Notes: generated from the letters alone by a model not told the origin. Positions 1 through 10,496 are shown, counted from the stretch's first letter. The stretch is 64,000 nt of DNA from Candidatus Bathyarchaeota archaeon (GCA_963832745.1 CAWHVC010000005.1:192001-256000), one strand, 5' to 3'. Numbers and translations: made by a program.

Positions 1-523
1 ATAATATTCTTGCACTGTTTACAACATCGGGGTTTAAGGTTTCAAAACCTGTTTTTGCTGACCTTAAAATAAACGGTGAAGCAACAAAAATTTGAGCAAG
101 TATAACAGCTACTACACTGCCCGGTATGGTTACGCCAAAAAAGTTAAACACTGGCCCCAACAGGCCTTTTGGTGCAAACGCTAAAAGCAAAGCCACACCA
201 GCTACGGCGGGCGGCAAAACTATAGGTAAATCAATTAACGTGTCAATGACTGATTTTCCGGGAAATTTTCTTGTTACTAGAAAATAGGCAGTAGGCACGG
301 TTAAGAGTAGGGAGATTACTGTTGCTATGCCTGAAGTGTACAGACTGAGTTGTATGGCGTCAATTATTGCTGAGTTTTGTAGTTGTGCGCCAACTTGGTT
401 AGTATCAATTTTTAAAAAAACTGCAAGAATAGGTAAAACAATAAAGAACAGGTAAACAAGTACTGTAACGGCTAAGAGTATTACTGCCAGTTTGTTTGAG
501 AAATAATACTTCTCACGTTTCAA
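1..523 (-). CDS. modB: Molybdate ABC transporter permease (partial, runs off window start)
   Basis: Manual translation from TTG at 523 gives ...AIQLSLYTSGIATVISLLLTVPTAYFLVTRKFPGKSVIDTLIDLPIVLPPAVAGVALL, a ModB signature; directly downstream of modA. Confidence 0.9.
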   Translation of the reverse strand, partial: MKREKYYFSNKLAVILLAVTVLVYLFFIVLPILAVFLKIDTNQVGAQLQNSAIIDAIQLSLYTSGIATVISLLLTVPTAYFLVTRKFPGKSVIDTLIDLPIVLPPAVAGVALLLAFAPKGLLGPVFNFFGVTIPGSVVAVILAQIFVASPFILRSAKTGFETLNPDVVNSARIL

Positions 524-592
524 AGTTGCCTACCTGCAAGGTTGTTGAAATAAAAAAGGTGGTGGGGTTATGCATAAGGCTTGCCCTTTCTT

Positions 593-1507
593 TTAAGTTC
601 CAAAACCGAATGTGTGCAGCAATGTTTGACCATCAGTTGAAAGCCAATAATCCATGTACTTCTGTGCTAAGTCCGCGTTTGTTGTTGAACTGACAACTGC
701 GATGCCATAAGTTCCTATCGTGTTTACGGTACTTGGCACTTCAACATACAATATTTGTGCTCCTGACATTGCCCCGTAGGTTGCATCTGAAACAAAAGCG
801 ACACCAGCGTCAACAGTTCCAAGGTTCAAAGCTACTTTTCCGACGACGTCTTCAACTGAGGCTTCATAAGATACCACGTTGCCGTAGAATTTCGCCTTAA
901 AGTTAGCCCATTCTGCTCCTTTGTATAGCGGACTGCTTGAGTTGCCCCATGTCGCGTCAATCTTTGTCACTGTCTTGTTGGTGTATGAACCTACTGGAAC
1001 GGAGTTGTCTGCTACAACAATTTTAACACCAGTCTTAACGAGGTCTAAAAGTGAAGTAATGTTCTGCGGGTTATCGCCTGGTAATAGTATTTCTAGTTTG
1101 TTGGATGTGAAGTTTTGGTAGCTTCCAAGTAGAAGGCTGGAGTCGTTGAGTTGTTTAGTCCACTTAAAGTCTGCAGCCATGAACACGTCGCATGGTGAGC
1201 CCGAAGTGATTTGTTGATATAAAGTGTTTGAACCGGCTGAGTTGACTATTAAGTGGCAATTGTTTTCTTGCTCAAAAGATGCGGTCATGTTGGTGACTGC
1301 GTTGATTAGACTTGAAGCCATAAATATTCTAAGTTCTGTCGGTGCTGCTGTTGTGGCTTGTGGGGTTGTAGTTGTTGTTGGTGTAGTCTCAGGGTTTCCT
1401 GAAAATGCGCCACTATAAGCTAAGTAGCCTACTAAGGAAGCGCATACTATTAGTACTATTGCAATTATGCTGATGTATTTGGTATTCATGTTAATCAGAC
1501 TCGACAT
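593..1507 (-). CDS. modA: Molybdate ABC transporter substrate-binding protein, N-terminally anchored
   Basis: ASSL, AGSNTLYQQI, DVFMAA and VPVGSY motifs of ModA; N-terminal TM plus Thr-rich linker. Confidence 0.9.
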   Translation of the reverse strand: MSSLINMNTKYISIIAIVLIVCASLVGYLAYSGAFSGNPETTPTTTTTPQATTAAPTELRIFMASSLINAVTNMTASFEQENNCHLIVNSAGSNTLYQQITSGSPCDVFMAADFKWTKQLNDSSLLLGSYQNFTSNKLEILLPGDNPQNITSLLDLVKTGVKIVVADNSVPVGSYTNKTVTKIDATWGNSSSPLYKGAEWANFKAKFYGNVVSYEASVEDVVGKVALNLGTVDAGVAFVSDATYGAMSGAQILYVEVPSTVNTIGTYGIAVVSSTTNADLAQKYMDYWLSTDGQTLLHTFGFGT

Positions 1508-1605
1508 TACCGCTCAGTAATTTCGAGTCAAATAAACCTTTTTCTTAAAAACAAAAAAACTGACGATTTTCTTTAAAAAAATCAAGCAAAAACAATTCAC
1601 AATAA

Positions 1606-1629
1606 AACAGTTATTGCTGCATAACTGTT
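1606..1629. promoter_or_regulatory. Perfect palindrome AACAGTTAT-N6-ATAACTGTT; candidate ModE operator (or terminator)
   Basis: 9-bp perfect inverted arms between modE and modA; GTTAT...ATAAC core resembles ModE boxes. Confidence 0.45.
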
Positions 1630-1647
1630 ATGAAACATCATAATTCA

Positions 1648-1977
1648 TTAAAGCATTTTTTCCAAGAAATCTTTAAGCTCAGCTTGAGCTTTCCGGTACC
1701 TTCTCGCTAAATCCCTGCCGTAAGGCGTCACTTCCGAGGAACCTCCACCTTTTGCGCCTCCACGTACTCGGGTGATTAATTTTTCGCCTAAGCGTTCTTC
1801 TGAGAGGGTGATTCTGTGCAGAGCGTACCGGTATGACATGTTAAGGTGTTTTGATGCTTCAAGAATTGAGTGGTATTCGTCGATGTTTTCGATGAGTTCT
1901 GCTATGCCGTCGCCGAATACTGATTCGCCTTTCTGGTTAATCATCCAAAGTTTTGTTTGGTAGCTTAAAGCACTCAT
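1648..1977 (-). CDS. modE: ModE-family winged-helix regulator (DNA-binding domain only)
   Basis: KLW...FGDG...SILEASKHLNMSYRYA...RGGAKGGGS is the ModE N-terminal HTH; adjacent to modAB. Confidence 0.85.
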   Translation of the reverse strand: MSALSYQTKLWMINQKGESVFGDGIAELIENIDEYHSILEASKHLNMSYRYALHRITLSEERLGEKLITRVRGGAKGGGSSEVTPYGRDLARRYRKAQAELKDFLEKML

Positions 1978-2182
1978 TTGTATATCACTTTACTTATCTA
2001 TTGTGTCAAGTATAGACTTAAGCTTAGCGTGTTTACGGCTCAGGTGTTTTGTTTTAGCGGTTTTTTGACTGTTTTGTTTTCGATGCAAATAACATTGATG
2101 TTTAGATGTTTTTGCCAGTAACGCTTTTATAGATTTAAAAAAAAACCCGTATATACAAACTTTACTTGTACGTGTCAATTGA

Positions 2183-3076
2183 TTGTGGAGAATGGATAAC
2201 AAAATGCCCGAAAACAAAGAAACAGCTCCCATGGACCTTTTCACAATCGTCCAAAAAGAGGAGTTAAATCCTGTAACAAAAAAACTTGTGATTTATGCAC
2301 CTGACATTGCAGCAAAAGCCAAAGCGGGACAATTCCTAATTATCAAAGTCCGCGAAAACAGCGAAAGAATTCCATTGACTTTTTCAGACTGGGATAAAGA
2401 AAAAGGCACAATAACAGTAATTTTCCAAGAAGTCGGTTTCTCATCAATCGAACTTGGCGCCCTTAAAGTTGGCGACAAAATTCAAAACCTTGCAGGTCCC
2501 TTGGGCAATCCAAGTGAAATCGAAAACTACGGCACAGCAGTAATTGCCTGCGGTGGTTTAGGTACCGCCGTGGCTTATCCGGTTGCTAAAGCATTAAAAG
2601 CTGCTGGAAACAAGGTTATCACGCTGGTTGGCGCAAGAAATAAAGACTTATTTATTCTTGAAAAAGAAATCCAAGAAGTCTCAGACGAGGTCATATACTC
2701 AACTGATGATGGCTCAAAAGGCCAAAAAGGCTTCGTAAGCGACTTACTTAAAGCCTTGATTGCTACAGGCCAAAAAATCGGCATTGTTTTTGTTATCGGT
2801 CCACCTATCATGATGATGGTAACCTCTGAAGTCACCCGTCCATACGGCATAAAAACTGTTGCCAGCTTAAACCCAATCATGGTTGATGGCATGGGCATGT
2901 GTGGCGCCTGCAGAGTAACCGTTGGCGGCCAAATCAAATTCGCCTGCGTTGATGGACCAGAATTTGACGCTCACAAAGTTGACTTTAAAGAGTTGATGCA
3001 GCGTCTGAAATGTTACTGTTCTGAAGAAAAACAAGCACAACATGGAGAGGGACACTGTCAATGTCACAGCCAATAA
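2183..3076 (+). CDS. nfnA: NfnA / sulfide dehydrogenase beta subunit (FAD, 2Fe-2S)
   Basis: ERIPLT, GPLGNP, GPPIMM and MVDGMGMCGACRV...FACVDGPEFD motifs; true start may be 2204 or 2231. Confidence 0.88.
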   Translation: MWRMDNKMPENKETAPMDLFTIVQKEELNPVTKKLVIYAPDIAAKAKAGQFLIIKVRENSERIPLTFSDWDKEKGTITVIFQEVGFSSIELGALKVGDKIQNLAGPLGNPSEIENYGTAVIACGGLGTAVAYPVAKALKAAGNKVITLVGARNKDLFILEKEIQEVSDEVIYSTDDGSKGQKGFVSDLLKALIATGQKIGIVFVIGPPIMMMVTSEVTRPYGIKTVASLNPIMVDGMGMCGACRVTVGGQIKFACVDGPEFDAHKVDFKELMQRLKCYCSEEKQAQHGEGHCQCHSQ

Positions 3077-4482
3077 ATAAAGAAAAAATAACTCAAAACC
3101 GTTTCAAAGCGGTGGAAGTTCCAAAACAAGAACCCCAAGAACGTGTTAAAAACTTCAAAGAAGTCGTGTTAGGTTACACTGAGGAACAAGCGCAAGCTGA
3201 AGCCTCAAGATGCCTTCACTGTACAAATGCACAATGCGTAAAAGGCTGCCCAGTAGGCATAGACATCCCAGAATTCATTAAATGCATAACCCAAAAAGAC
3301 TACGAAGGCGCCATTGTAAAAATCAAGGAGAAGAACAGTTTACCAGCAATCTGCGGACGCGTTTGCCCCCAAGAAGAACAATGCCAAGCTAAATGCATTC
3401 TAGGCAAGAAAGGTGACCCAGTATCTATTGGACGCCTCGAACGTTATGTTGCAGACCTTGAACGTGAAAAAGGCATAAAAGTGCCAGAACCAGCAGCACC
3501 CAACGGTAAAAAAGTTGCAGTAGTCGGCGCAGGACCAGCAGGATTAACAGTTGCAGCTGACCTTGCAAAACTCGGCTATAAAGTTGAAGTTTTCGAAGCT
3601 TTACACACTGAAGGCGGCGTCCTTGTCTATGGCATTCCAGAATTCAGGTTACCAAAAAGCATCGTTAAAGCAGAAGTAGACTACATCGAAAAACTCGGCG
3701 TAAAACTAACCCCAGACGCATTAATTGGCAGACTATTCACAATCGACGAACTGTTCAAAAAAGGCTTTGAAGCAGTTTTCATCGGCACAGGCGCGGGTCT
3801 TCCAAAATTCATGAATATTCCAGGCGAAAACCTTAACGGCGTATACAGCGCAAACGAGTTCCTGATTCGTGTTAACCTAATGAAAGCATACAGGTTCCCC
3901 GAGTACAAGACACCCTTGGGCATAGGAAAGAAAGTTGCAGTCATTGGAGGCGGCAACGTAGCCTTAGACTCCGCCCGATCAGCAATCCGTTTAGGCGCAG
4001 ACAAAGTCTACATAGTCTACAGAAGAAGCAGAGACGAAATGCCCGCGCGTGAAGAAGAAATCCTTAACGCTGAAGAAGAAGGCATCGAATTCAAATTCTT
4101 AACAGCACCAACAAAAATCATCGGCGATGAACAAGCCAAAGTAAAAGCAATGGAATACATCACCATGGAACTATCTGAACCAGACACTTCAGGAAGACGC
4201 AAACCAATCCCAATCAAAGGCTCAGAAACAACAATGGATGTTGACACAGTAATCATCGCGATTGGACGCACACCAAACCCAATCATCCAATGCACCACAA
4301 AAGGCTTAGAAGTACTCCAAGGCGGCATCATCAAAATCGACCGTGAAACCGGCAAAACCAGTTTAGAAGCTGTTTACGCAGGCGGAGACATCGCAACAGG
4401 TGAAGCAACAGTCATCAGCGCAATGGAATCGGGCAAAAAAGCTGCAAAAAGCATCGACGAATACCTAAGCAAAAAACAATAA
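3061..4482 (+). CDS. nfnB: NfnB / SudA / GltD-like NADPH oxidoreductase large subunit
   Basis: EASRCLHC...CVKGCPV, ICGRVCPQEEQC, GAGPAG, YGIPEFRLP, GGGNVA, AGGDIATG; overlaps nfnA. Confidence 0.9.
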   Translation: MSQPINKEKITQNRFKAVEVPKQEPQERVKNFKEVVLGYTEEQAQAEASRCLHCTNAQCVKGCPVGIDIPEFIKCITQKDYEGAIVKIKEKNSLPAICGRVCPQEEQCQAKCILGKKGDPVSIGRLERYVADLEREKGIKVPEPAAPNGKKVAVVGAGPAGLTVAADLAKLGYKVEVFEALHTEGGVLVYGIPEFRLPKSIVKAEVDYIEKLGVKLTPDALIGRLFTIDELFKKGFEAVFIGTGAGLPKFMNIPGENLNGVYSANEFLIRVNLMKAYRFPEYKTPLGIGKKVAVIGGGNVALDSARSAIRLGADKVYIVYRRSRDEMPAREEEILNAEEEGIEFKFLTAPTKIIGDEQAKVKAMEYITMELSEPDTSGRRKPIPIKGSETTMDVDTVIIAIGRTPNPIIQCTTKGLEVLQGGIIKIDRETGKTSLEAVYAGGDIATGEATVISAMESGKKAAKSIDEYLSKKQ

Positions 4483-4739
4483 ACTTGATTAGAGCAAAAT
4501 TAGCTCTACAAAATTTTTTTATTTAATCTTATTTTGCTTTCGAGTGATTCTAGTAAAATTTGCAAAGCCTTTTTTCGAAAGATTGTTTGCTTCATTACAA
4601 GAAGTTTAAGGCCTAATTTTTTGGGGTACTGTAAAGAAGCTGTTTTGCTTTATGCTGTTTAGAGTACATAAAAAATTAGTTTTTTACTTGTTATGTGAGC
4701 TTGCCGCTTCTGGCAAAAAAGAAAAGATAAACAGCAAAA

Positions 4740-5291
4740 TTAGGGCTTGTAAAGTTTGGGGTCTAATGTATAGAAATTGTTCCCTCCGCCATGGTAAAGC
4801 ATGTGTGCACGTTTTATGTCATAACTGTCCATGAACAGTCCAGCGTCTGCATAGGCTTCCACGATTTTGCCCACAAATACGGTGTGATCGCCTGTGGTAA
4901 ATTTGTCTTCTACAGTGCATTCTATGTGAGCGATGCATTCTTGGATTGCGGGGGCTTTTACTTTTTTGCCAAGAACGGGGGTTAAGCCTGCTTTTTTGAA
5001 TTTATCAAAACTTCGCCCGCTAAAAGCTCCGCACGCAATTACTGCTTGCAATATGTCAACGGGTGGAATGTTTATTGTGAATTCGCCTGACTCTTCGATT
5101 AATGTATGAGAGTATCTGCCGGGTGCGAGGCTGATTGCAACGAGTGCGGGTTTTTGACTGGTGGGCATTGCCCAAGCCAGGGTGGTTACGTTGGGTTTGC
5201 CTGCTTTGCCAACGCAGGATAGAAGGACAGTGTGCATTGGATGCAAGAGGCGGGTGGCAGATTGGTAATTTACGGTTACTTTTGAGGACAC
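4740..5291 (-). CDS. Flavin reductase family protein
   Basis: PNVTTLAW, GEFTINIP, APAIQECIAHIEC, GDHTVFVGKIV. Confidence 0.85.
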   Translation of the reverse strand: MSSKVTVNYQSATRLLHPMHTVLLSCVGKAGKPNVTTLAWAMPTSQKPALVAISLAPGRYSHTLIEESGEFTINIPPVDILQAVIACGAFSGRSFDKFKKAGLTPVLGKKVKAPAIQECIAHIECTVEDKFTTGDHTVFVGKIVEAYADAGLFMDSYDIKRAHMLYHGGGNNFYTLDPKLYKP

Positions 5292-5370
5292 AATAATTCA
5301 CCTTTAAAGATACAGAAGGGTGATGCACCTTCTTTATTTCTGTTTTTCCACCGCCTAACTGGTCGGCTTG

Positions 5371-5589
5371 TTAAACCGTGATTTGTTCTAGACTGAAAAC
5401 TTGCAGGTCAGCCACGGGTTTCTTTTTGGATTGGACATCATTTACTTTTACGCTTTTTGCGGTTTCTTGCCAGGGCAGCCCGTTGAGGAACTGGTTTAGG
5501 TGGCTTTGAATTTCTTGTTCAATTTGCTCGTTTGGAATACCGTTTGCTTCTTTTACGAGAGTGATTTTTATTGTTGCAATTTTTGCCAT
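5371..5589 (-). CDS. Small hypothetical protein (third gene of mini-operon)
   Basis: 72-aa ORF with ATG start and an upstream GAGGT/AGGG purine tract. Confidence 0.55.
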   Translation of the reverse strand: MAKIATIKITLVKEANGIPNEQIEQEIQSHLNQFLNGLPWQETAKSVKVNDVQSKKKPVADLQVFSLEQITV

Positions 5590-5629
5590 ACTTTTTCCCT
5601 TTACCTCGAATGATTTTTTCTTGTAAATT

Positions 5630-5797
5630 TTAGGTGGACTTGTTTTTTCTGCATTGAACGCAGAGCAGCGTTGTTTTGGTTTTGACGGCTAATTCGTTTT
5701 GAAGGATTATTCGGGTTCCTATGTAGGCGCCGCAGTTGTCGCATTTTAAGCGTATTTGGGCGGCGTACTGGTTTTCTTCAATGACTTCTATTGGCAT
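5630..5797 (-). CDS. 55-aa zinc-ribbon microprotein (not in ORF track)
   Basis: Manual translation MPIEVIEENQYAAQIRLKCDNCGAYIGTRIILQNELAVKTKTTLLCVQCRKNKST; two CxxC pairs; GGGGA upstream. Confidence 0.65.
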   Translation of the reverse strand: MPIEVIEENQYAAQIRLKCDNCGAYIGTRIILQNELAVKTKTTLLCVQCRKNKST

Positions 5798-5942
5798 CGC
5801 TGTGTTGGTCCCCTTTTGTCAATGCTTTTTCTAGTATGTTTTGTGCGTATTCGTCTACTGTTTGCTTGTTTGCGGTGGCTCTTTCTTGTATTGCTTGGTA
5901 TAGTTTTTCGGTGATTTTGATTTTTTTGTGATCTTTGAACGT
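5778..5942 (-). CDS. 54-aa ribbon-helix-helix-like DNA-binding microprotein, apparent ACG start (not in ORF track)
   Basis: Manual translation (T/M)FKDHKKIKITEKLYQAIQERATANKQTVDEYAQNILEKALTKG...; beta-strand plus two-helix RHH pattern. Confidence 0.6.
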   Translation of the reverse strand, partial: TFKDHKKIKITEKLYQAIQERATANKQTVDEYAQNILEKALTKGDQHSDANRSH

Positions 5943-5972
5943 CTATGTTCCCTTCTTAGCCTTAGCTCGGCA

Positions 5973-5991
5973 GTACCGTACTTTACGGTAC
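5973..5991. promoter_or_regulatory. Palindrome GTACCGTA-N3-TACGGTAC just downstream of a minus-strand TATA box; candidate RHH operator
   Basis: 8-bp perfect arms; minus-strand CTTATAT at about 5997-6003. Confidence 0.55.
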
Positions 5992-6322
5992 AGTGGATAT
6001 AAGCGTTTGTGCATCACAAAACCGTACAACAAAACTACACATAATCAAAATATTCAATTATATCGAATTACTGCATTAAGCTTAAATTCACTCAGAGCAC
6101 CTATGGGAATAATTCGAGGGGAAACTAAACGCCGAAAAAAGGTTATAAAAGCATCACAGTAAAGACTGAAGTTTACGACTACTATTATAACCAATGGTTA
6201 AAAGTAAAAGAAGACTACACCCTAAAAAAAGGCATACAAAGCTTCTCATCGTACATAACCTACATTCTATTCCAACTAATAGAGGAAGAGAAAAAGAAAC
6301 AAGAACCATAAATTTTTTTAAC

Positions 6323-7861
6323 TTAAGCTTTGTTGATAAAGACAATCACAAGCTTTCCATGAGCAGTCCTCATTATGCTAAAACGCAACTCAACAGGCAT
6401 AATCGTCTTGCCCTTCTTTAACGGCTTAATAAGCTCTACCTCTTTAGTCTTCACCAATTTATCCATCAACGCCTTCCGCTCCGCATCCTTAAGCTGAAGA
6501 AGCTCCAAAAAATTCAACTCCAAAAACTCTTCACAAGTATAACCAAATAATTCACAAGCCGCATGATTAGTATAAACAAATTCACCCGTAAAATTAATCA
6601 AAACAATAGCTTGACTTAAATTATCCAAAATTGCAGCCCTAAGCAGCAAACCTTCCTCACTCTTCCGGTGATCCATAATTTCCTTAGTTAACCGCTTATT
6701 TGACTGCGCATACTCTGCGGTGCGTTGTGCTACTACTACTTCAAGCCGCTGATTATAACTTTGCAGTTCCAACTCCAGCGCCTTACGTTGAGTAATGTCA
6801 TCAAATATGGCGACAAAATGCTCTTTTTTAGGAGAATAAACCGAAAGGTCAAGCCAAATATTAAGCGGTTTAAAGAAAATCTCAAATCTTTCTGGTTTTC
6901 CAGTTTTTGCTACTCTGCCATAAATTTCGAAAATTTCAGGGTTTGCTTCTTTAGTTCCAGGTATGGCTTCAGAAACTTTTTTTCCAAGAATATCCGCCCG
7001 TTTCAAACCCGTTATTATCTCAAAGGAGCTATTAATTTCTAAGTAAACGAAGTCGTTTGGCTGACCGTTTTTATCAAAAAGTATTTTGCAGTAGGCATAA
7101 CCGTCAAGCATGTTTTCAAAGAGGGACCGGAATTTTTCTTCACTTGCCCTTAATGCTTCTTCGGTTTTCTTTTTCTCATCAATATTAACAGTGTAGACAC
7201 GGATTTTTGGTCCAATAGGAATAAAGGAGAACTGTTGAAGATACCAGTGCTCACCGAGCTTGATTTCACGTACAAAAGCGTATTCAGTGGATATTTTACC
7301 TGTGAAGCTGGCAACAATTTTTTCCCAGTCAACAAAAAAGGGCTGCTTCAACCCGTCTTTTTCAAGACTGGGAAACACTTTTTTTGTTGCTGGGTTAGTG
7401 TAGGTTATGTTTCCATCAAAATCCAACTCTATTATCGGGTTGGGATTGAACGCTGGGAAAGAGGCTAAGACTATATAGCGGTCTTGAATTTTTTTTCGAT
7501 CCGTAACTTCTTTTCCTGAAAACACGGCGCGTTTTATTTCTCCTTTCTGGTTTTTAACAAGCAAAATGTGCCATGCAACGATTAGTTCTTTGCCGCTTTT
7601 TGTCAGAACCTCTGTTTCAGAATGAGCCTTACGAAGCGTACCGTTGATTAATTGGTGAAAAGCAAGACGTTGACTTTCACGATTAAACTCTGGAACAAAA
7701 ATGTCAAACCAGTTCTTGCCTAAAACTTCTTCTTTAGAGTACTCTAACAGTTCGCAGCCTTTTGGGTTAATATCCTCAATAGTTTCATTAGTTTTTACAA
7801 GAACAACTATGAGGTCTTCCATGTTTAGGCTGAATCTTTCTTTTTTCACTTTTTTAGACAT
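6323..7861 (-). CDS. Multi-PAS-domain protein without a recognisable output domain
   Basis: Four PAS-like repeats (INPKGCELLEYSKEEVLGK; NPNPIIELD; INSSFEIITGLKRADILGK; TNHAACELFGYTCEEF) and a coiled coil; start overlaps the glgP stop (TAATG). Confidence 0.85.
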   Translation of the reverse strand: MSKKVKKERFSLNMEDLIVVLVKTNETIEDINPKGCELLEYSKEEVLGKNWFDIFVPEFNRESQRLAFHQLINGTLRKAHSETEVLTKSGKELIVAWHILLVKNQKGEIKRAVFSGKEVTDRKKIQDRYIVLASFPAFNPNPIIELDFDGNITYTNPATKKVFPSLEKDGLKQPFFVDWEKIVASFTGKISTEYAFVREIKLGEHWYLQQFSFIPIGPKIRVYTVNIDEKKKTEEALRASEEKFRSLFENMLDGYAYCKILFDKNGQPNDFVYLEINSSFEIITGLKRADILGKKVSEAIPGTKEANPEIFEIYGRVAKTGKPERFEIFFKPLNIWLDLSVYSPKKEHFVAIFDDITQRKALELELQSYNQRLEVVVAQRTAEYAQSNKRLTKEIMDHRKSEEGLLLRAAILDNLSQAIVLINFTGEFVYTNHAACELFGYTCEEFLELNFLELLQLKDAERKALMDKLVKTKEVELIKPLKKGKTIMPVELRFSIMRTAHGKLVIVFINKA

Positions 7862-10036
7862 TACACTGTCTCCTTTTCAATAAAAACACGATTTTCCACA
7901 GAAAACAAGGCGGGCTGATACATTTGTTCAACATATTGACTCATCATCCGGCAGGCGTTAAAAACAGGGTTTATGGTTTTGATGGCTTCTTTGGCTACCT
8001 GAATCCACCGGTGAGGTATGCCTTTGCGGTCACGATCATAAAACAGAGGCACAATCTCGTTTTCAAGCAAACCGTAAATTGATTCAGAATCCGCTTTATC
8101 TTCTTCCTCTGGACTACCGCCTTTGAAACCATCGATTGCCCAACCGTTAAGCCCATTGTATGCTTCATCCCACCAACCATCACGGATGCTTAGGTTGATT
8201 ACGCCGTTCATTGAAGCTTTCATACCGCTTGTTCCGCAAGCTTCTTGTAGCCGCCGTGGCGTGTTCAACCAGACGTCCACTCCGCGGACTAAGTCGCGGG
8301 CAAGGTTCATGTCGTATTCTTCCACAAACGCTATACGTCCTTGAAAGCGGCGATCAAGGGCGATTTGGTAAACGCTTTTTAGGAGTTCTTTTGAAGCATA
8401 ATCGGCTGGATGGGATTTCCCGCCGAAAATAATCTGCACTGGACGGAGTGGGTCGGTTACGATTTTTTTGAGACGTTCCAAATCCATCAGAATAAGGTAT
8501 GGACGCTTGTACTGTGTGAATCGACGTGTGAAGTTTATTGTTAAAGCGTACGGGTCAAGAAGCGCACCCATAGCAAGCACTTGTTGTGTAGAAATGCCAT
8601 CGCGGACCAGTCGTTGCTGGGCTCGGTCTTGTATTGCACGGATAAGCCGGGTTTTCATCGTTTGATGTGCCATCCAGAACCTTTCGTCTGAAATCTCGGT
8701 GGCGTTTTTCCAGAAGCCTTCCACATACTCGTTTGGCAAGTTTTCGTCGCCTGCTTGTGCCCCGAAGAGTTGGGAAATTTCGTAAGCCCGCCAGGTGGGA
8801 GAGTGCACACCATTAGTTATGCTTAATATTGGAACCTCGTCCACTGGTTTTCCAGGATAAAGTACACTCCACATTTTACGGGCAACACCTCCATGAAGCC
8901 GACTTACCGCGTTAGCTTGACCAGACAACCGTAGCGCAAGGGCAGTTAGACTAAATTTTTCAGGTCCAAGTCCATCGTAGTAGCCAAGTTTTAGAAAGAT
9001 TTCGCGGTCGATTCCAAGTTTTTCCCAAAAATTACGGCCATACTTATCCATGAGTTGGTAGGGAAAAATGTGGTGACCTGCAGCTACTGGCGTATGGGTG
9101 GTGAAAACGGTGTTTTTGCGTACTTTTTCTATGGCTTCATGCAATGAAGAGCCCTTGAGCCCGTTCTTCTCTGAGCCGTTCAAACATCATAAATGTTGTA
9201 TGGTCCTCATTTGCATGCCACACTACGGGTTCCAAACGAAGAGCACGCAAAGCGCGTACGCCACCGATGCCCAGTACGATAAGCTGTTTTAACCGTTCCT
9301 CTTGGTCGGCAGTGTAAAGTCTCGCCGAAAGTCCCCTATCCTCTGGACGGTTATCGTTAATGTTTGTATCCAGCAAGTACAGGTTTACTCTGCCAACTTT
9401 TACTTGCCACACTTGAAGGTACAAGTTGTGATCCGCAAGTGGAACATCAACATACGGGCCACAGCCTGCAGGCCAAGCACATGGAGAAATTGGAGCCTCA
9501 CTAAAATCTAATTGAGTATAGACTTCTTCTTGCCAACCATCCGCTGAAACACGCTGGCGAAAGTAACCTTGAGGATACATGAATCCAACTGCAACCATCG
9601 GCAACCCCATGTCAGAAGATTGCTTGCAAATGTCTCCTGCAAGGACGCCCAAGCCGCCAGCATAGATGGGTAGAGAGTTATGAATGGCGTATTCTGCTGA
9701 GAAATAGGCGATTTGCCCGCTAAAATCTGGCGGTACAGTTTTTTTGCACCAAAGCTTTTGACTGTTCATGTAAACGTCAAATTTGGTTATTACTGAATCG
9801 TATAGTTCGAGAAAAGAAGGGTCTTTTGCGGCTGATTCTAGTTTTTCATGGTTGATGTCACGTAGTTGTTTGACGGGGTTGTGTCCGCTTGTTCGCCAAA
9901 GGTCATAATCAAGTGAACGGAAGACTTGGCGTCCCTGCTCGTCCCAACTCCACCACAAATTATTTGCCAACTCGGGCAATCTGCTGATTCGTTTGGGAAC
10001 GTTTTGAATATTTTCTTGATTACCAAAAGCAGTCAT
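7861..10036 (-). CDS. glgP: Alpha-glucan (glycogen/maltodextrin) phosphorylase, split by a +1 frameshift near 9160
   Basis: LANNLWWSW, AYFSAEY, YAGGLGVLAGD in ORF 9137..10036; FTTHTP, RRFTQYKR and EACGTSGMK (PLP Lys) in ORF 7861..9183. Confidence 0.92.
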
Positions 10037-10496
10037 TGTTTTGTTGGGCTCCTCGCCAAATGGGAAAAAGCAGTTTTTTAAAGAGATTATTAGGAAAAGG
10101 CGATTTCAAGATTAAGTAAGCTGATTTTGTTATTTATAGTTTAACATTAGCAAAATCGATATTAAGAAAGTGTTTATTCAAATTATCTCAGGACTTCTTT
10201 GTAAAAAGGGCAAACAAAGCTTTGAATTCCACGTAACCACAGCTTGTTCCAACCAATAACAGAGATAAAACATGCATAGATTATTAAAATAAACCAGAAA
10301 ATTATTGTTTTAAGCTAAATACCAATTTTTTGAAGGTTTCGCAGCTAAACAACAAACATAACTGGCATCATGAACAGTTTATGCAGCTAATTAGCCATCA
10401 AACACATTTTAATGGTCAGAACTGCCTTTTTTGAACGAACCATCTAAATAAGATGAAAATACATTTTCTACAAAACACTCAATTAAAGAAAAAATT

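Noticed and set aside
6100-6322. Frameshifted kinase domain after the PAS protein
   Set aside because: Downstream sequence is low-complexity and intergenic-like, with no H-box or ATPase motifs
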